A model generated the notes under the pieces. The model was not told the DNA's origin and searched no databases. It saw only the letters and a program-made list of their open reading frames with translations. Position numbers and translations under genes: made by a program. Positions 62,426 through 64,000 of a DNA stretch of 64,000 nt are shown here, piece after piece. Within the stretch, counting starts at the first letter, position 1, and every line of letters begins with the position of its first letter. The DNA comes from Clostridia bacterium (GTDB lineage Bacteria > Bacillota > Clostridia > Christensenellales > CAG-917). The DNA lies in assembly GCA_045613765.1 (NCBI GenBank), contig JAZLBO010000020.1, positions 5,193-69,192 of the forward strand. The letters run 5' to 3'.

Positions 62426-64000
62426 TTACCATATAATAAGACGTTTATCTTCTGAAATGTACATTTTGTCTGTTTCCTTGACGTCAAATGTTTCATACCA
62501 CTCTTTGAAGTTTCTGGGAGGAATGTTTGCTCTCAAAATGCTGGGGCCGTGGACATCAACTGAAAGAAGAAGGGTGAGATATTCAGGCTTTGCCTTTTCG
62601 CACCATACTCTTGCCCAATTCTTGAAATATTCTTTAAATGATGCACCTTCTGTTCTTCTCATGATGTCAACTGTGACTGCCATACCACCATTGTCTGCCA
62701 TATTTTCGCTGACGATAAATCTGCCGTTGACTTTGCCCCAAGGAAGTTCAATGCCGTCAAATTGCTCTACCATTGCTTCAACCTTTTGGTCAAAACGCTT
62801 GAAGTCTTCGTCTGTCCACCAGTTGTTGATGTTGCCGTTTTCGTCACATTTTGCACCGTTTGAGTCAAATGCGTGTGAGATTTCGTGACCGATAACTGCG
62901 CCTATGCCACCAAGGTTTTCACTTCTTGATTGCTTGAGTGAATAGAAAGGTGCTTGCAAGATTGCTGCAGGGAAAGTGATGTCATTGACAAAAGGATCAT
63001 AGCAAGCATTGACCATGTGTCCGGGCATTGCCCAGTTTTCGGGATTGGTGGGCTTTGTAAGGCTTGCATAGTTGTCAAGTTCCTTGACCGCTTTGAGTTT
63101 GAGTTGAATATCAAAGAGTGAATCTTCGGGGTTGAAATCCATTTGTTCATAGATGTCTCTAACCTTGTCGGGATAACCGAGTTTGAGTCCCATCTTTGAG
63201 AGTTTGAGGATTGCCTTTTCTCTTGTTTCATCTCCAAGGATTTCGTTGGTCTTGATACGTTCTTTGTACGTGTCAACGATTTGACGGACGATTTCTGTGA
63301 TGTCTTTCTTTGCTTCTTCGCCAAAGTACTTTTCGCCGTAGTAGATGCCGACGGGTTCTGAGTACGTCATTGATGCAAGGTTGTATGCAAATTTTTCAAT
63401 AGATTGCATCTTTGCAACGCCCATAATTGCACGGTTGTACATACCACCCATATCACGAAGTTCTTCTGAAAGGTATGAACATGATTTCAAAAGACCTGTG
63501 ACATATGCCCAGTGCTTGTAAAGTTCAAGGTTTTCGCCGTTGAATACTGTTGCAAATGCGTTAAAATATCTGGGCTCTGTGACGACAACAATTGAGGGTA
63601 CTGTGCCAAACAAATCATTGAGCACTGCTGTAAAATTCATTGTTGAGAGGGTTGCGCTCATCTTGTCTGTGTCAACGGGGTTGTACATTTCAACGTACTT
63701 TGACCATTCTTCACGAGTTTTGACAAGACCACCAAGGATTGCGTCAAATGCAAGGGTGTCTGCGACGTACTTTTCTTGGTCTTCGGGTGTCAAATCTGTC
63801 TTTGACATAACCATCTTGGCAACGTTTGTCCAAATGCCCAAGATTTGTGCCTTTTGTGCCTCCATTTCGGACTTGTAGTATGATGCATCAGGAAGGATGA
63901 CGCCGGGGCCTTGAATATATGCAAGACGTTGTTTGGTGTTTTTCATATCTGTGTCTGCACCAATGTTGATGGGTGTGGGGATACCATTCAATGAAAGTGT
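62426..64000 (-). CDS. pepO: M13-family zinc metallopeptidase (neprilysin/PepO-like), N-terminus beyond the window edge
   Basis: HEISHAFD (HExxH) and ENMADNGG motifs. The frame stays open to position 64000, so the gene is truncated by the window. Confidence 0.9.
   Translation of the reverse strand, partial: TLSLNGIPTPINIGADTDMKNTKQRLAYIQGPGVILPDASYYKSEMEAQKAQILGIWTNVAKMVMSKTDLTPEDQEKYVADTLAFDAILGGLVKTREEWSKYVEMYNPVDTDKMSATLSTMNFTAVLNDLFGTVPSIVVVTEPRYFNAFATVFNGENLELYKHWAYVTGLLKSCSYLSEELRDMGGMYNRAIMGVAKMQSIEKFAYNLASMTYSEPVGIYYGEKYFGEEAKKDITEIVRQIVDTYKERIKTNEILGDETREKAILKLSKMGLKLGYPDKVRDIYEQMDFNPEDSLFDIQLKLKAVKELDNYASLTKPTNPENWAMPGHMVNACYDPFVNDITFPAAILQAPFYSLKQSRSENLGGIGAVIGHEISHAFDSNGAKCDENGNINNWWTDEDFKRFDQKVEAMVEQFDGIELPWGKVNGRFIVSENMADNGGMAVTVDIMRRTEGASFKEYFKNWARVWCEKAKPEYLTLLLSVDVHGPSILRANIPPRNFKEWYETFDVKETDKMYISEDKRLIIW

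Overview
This is a gene-dense chromosomal segment that looks like a low-GC, spore-forming Firmicute of the Clostridia type. The evidence is the gpr, ylbJ and tmcAL genes, Bacillus-like gene order, and many consensus sigma-A promoters and intrinsic terminators. Most genes are on the minus strand and are housekeeping: rho, prs-like, hemW, lepA, and the block rplS/yraN/rnhB/rbgA/trmD/rimM/KH/rpsP/ffh/ylxM/ftsY/smc/rnc/plsX/rpmF. Further housekeeping genes are pta-ackA, two RNA-modification enzymes, type-2 ileS, a pyridoxal kinase, an EF-G paralog, murI, gpr, rpsT, feoAB, a TetR regulator and a truncated M13 peptidase. The ORF track misses two RNA genes: a large Bacillus-type SRP RNA (about 41300-41570, +) and a tRNA-Pro(GGG) (57978-58054, +). 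The unusual regions are as follows. (1) An AT-rich controller-methylase-nuclease island (8452-10957) whose presumptive nuclease is a DUF262/ParB-like plus HNH fusion, with tandem palindromic operators. (2) Two tandem elements of about 120 nt, bounded by inverted repeats and carrying compensatory stem changes (37730-38013), with a related solo hairpin at 41958-41986. They sit beside an uncharacterised multi-TM protein with RCK-like and RyR-like regions. (3) A roughly 300-nt hairpin-rich, ORF-free region richer in GC than its surroundings, next to the SRP RNA (41650-41958), whose RNA class I could not assign. (4) A surface-protein cluster (46418-57903). It includes a 1971-aa protein with two subtilase-like domains that both carry Glu at the catalytic Asp position, and a probably leaderless gene. 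(5) Two arrays of short dissimilar palindromes (8334-8429 and 58101-58267); the second lies between the tRNA and an Avd-like four-helix-bundle gene. (6) A colinear intergenic module of about 88 bp shared by two unrelated promoter regions. All domain calls rest on reading motifs by eye. No database search was run.
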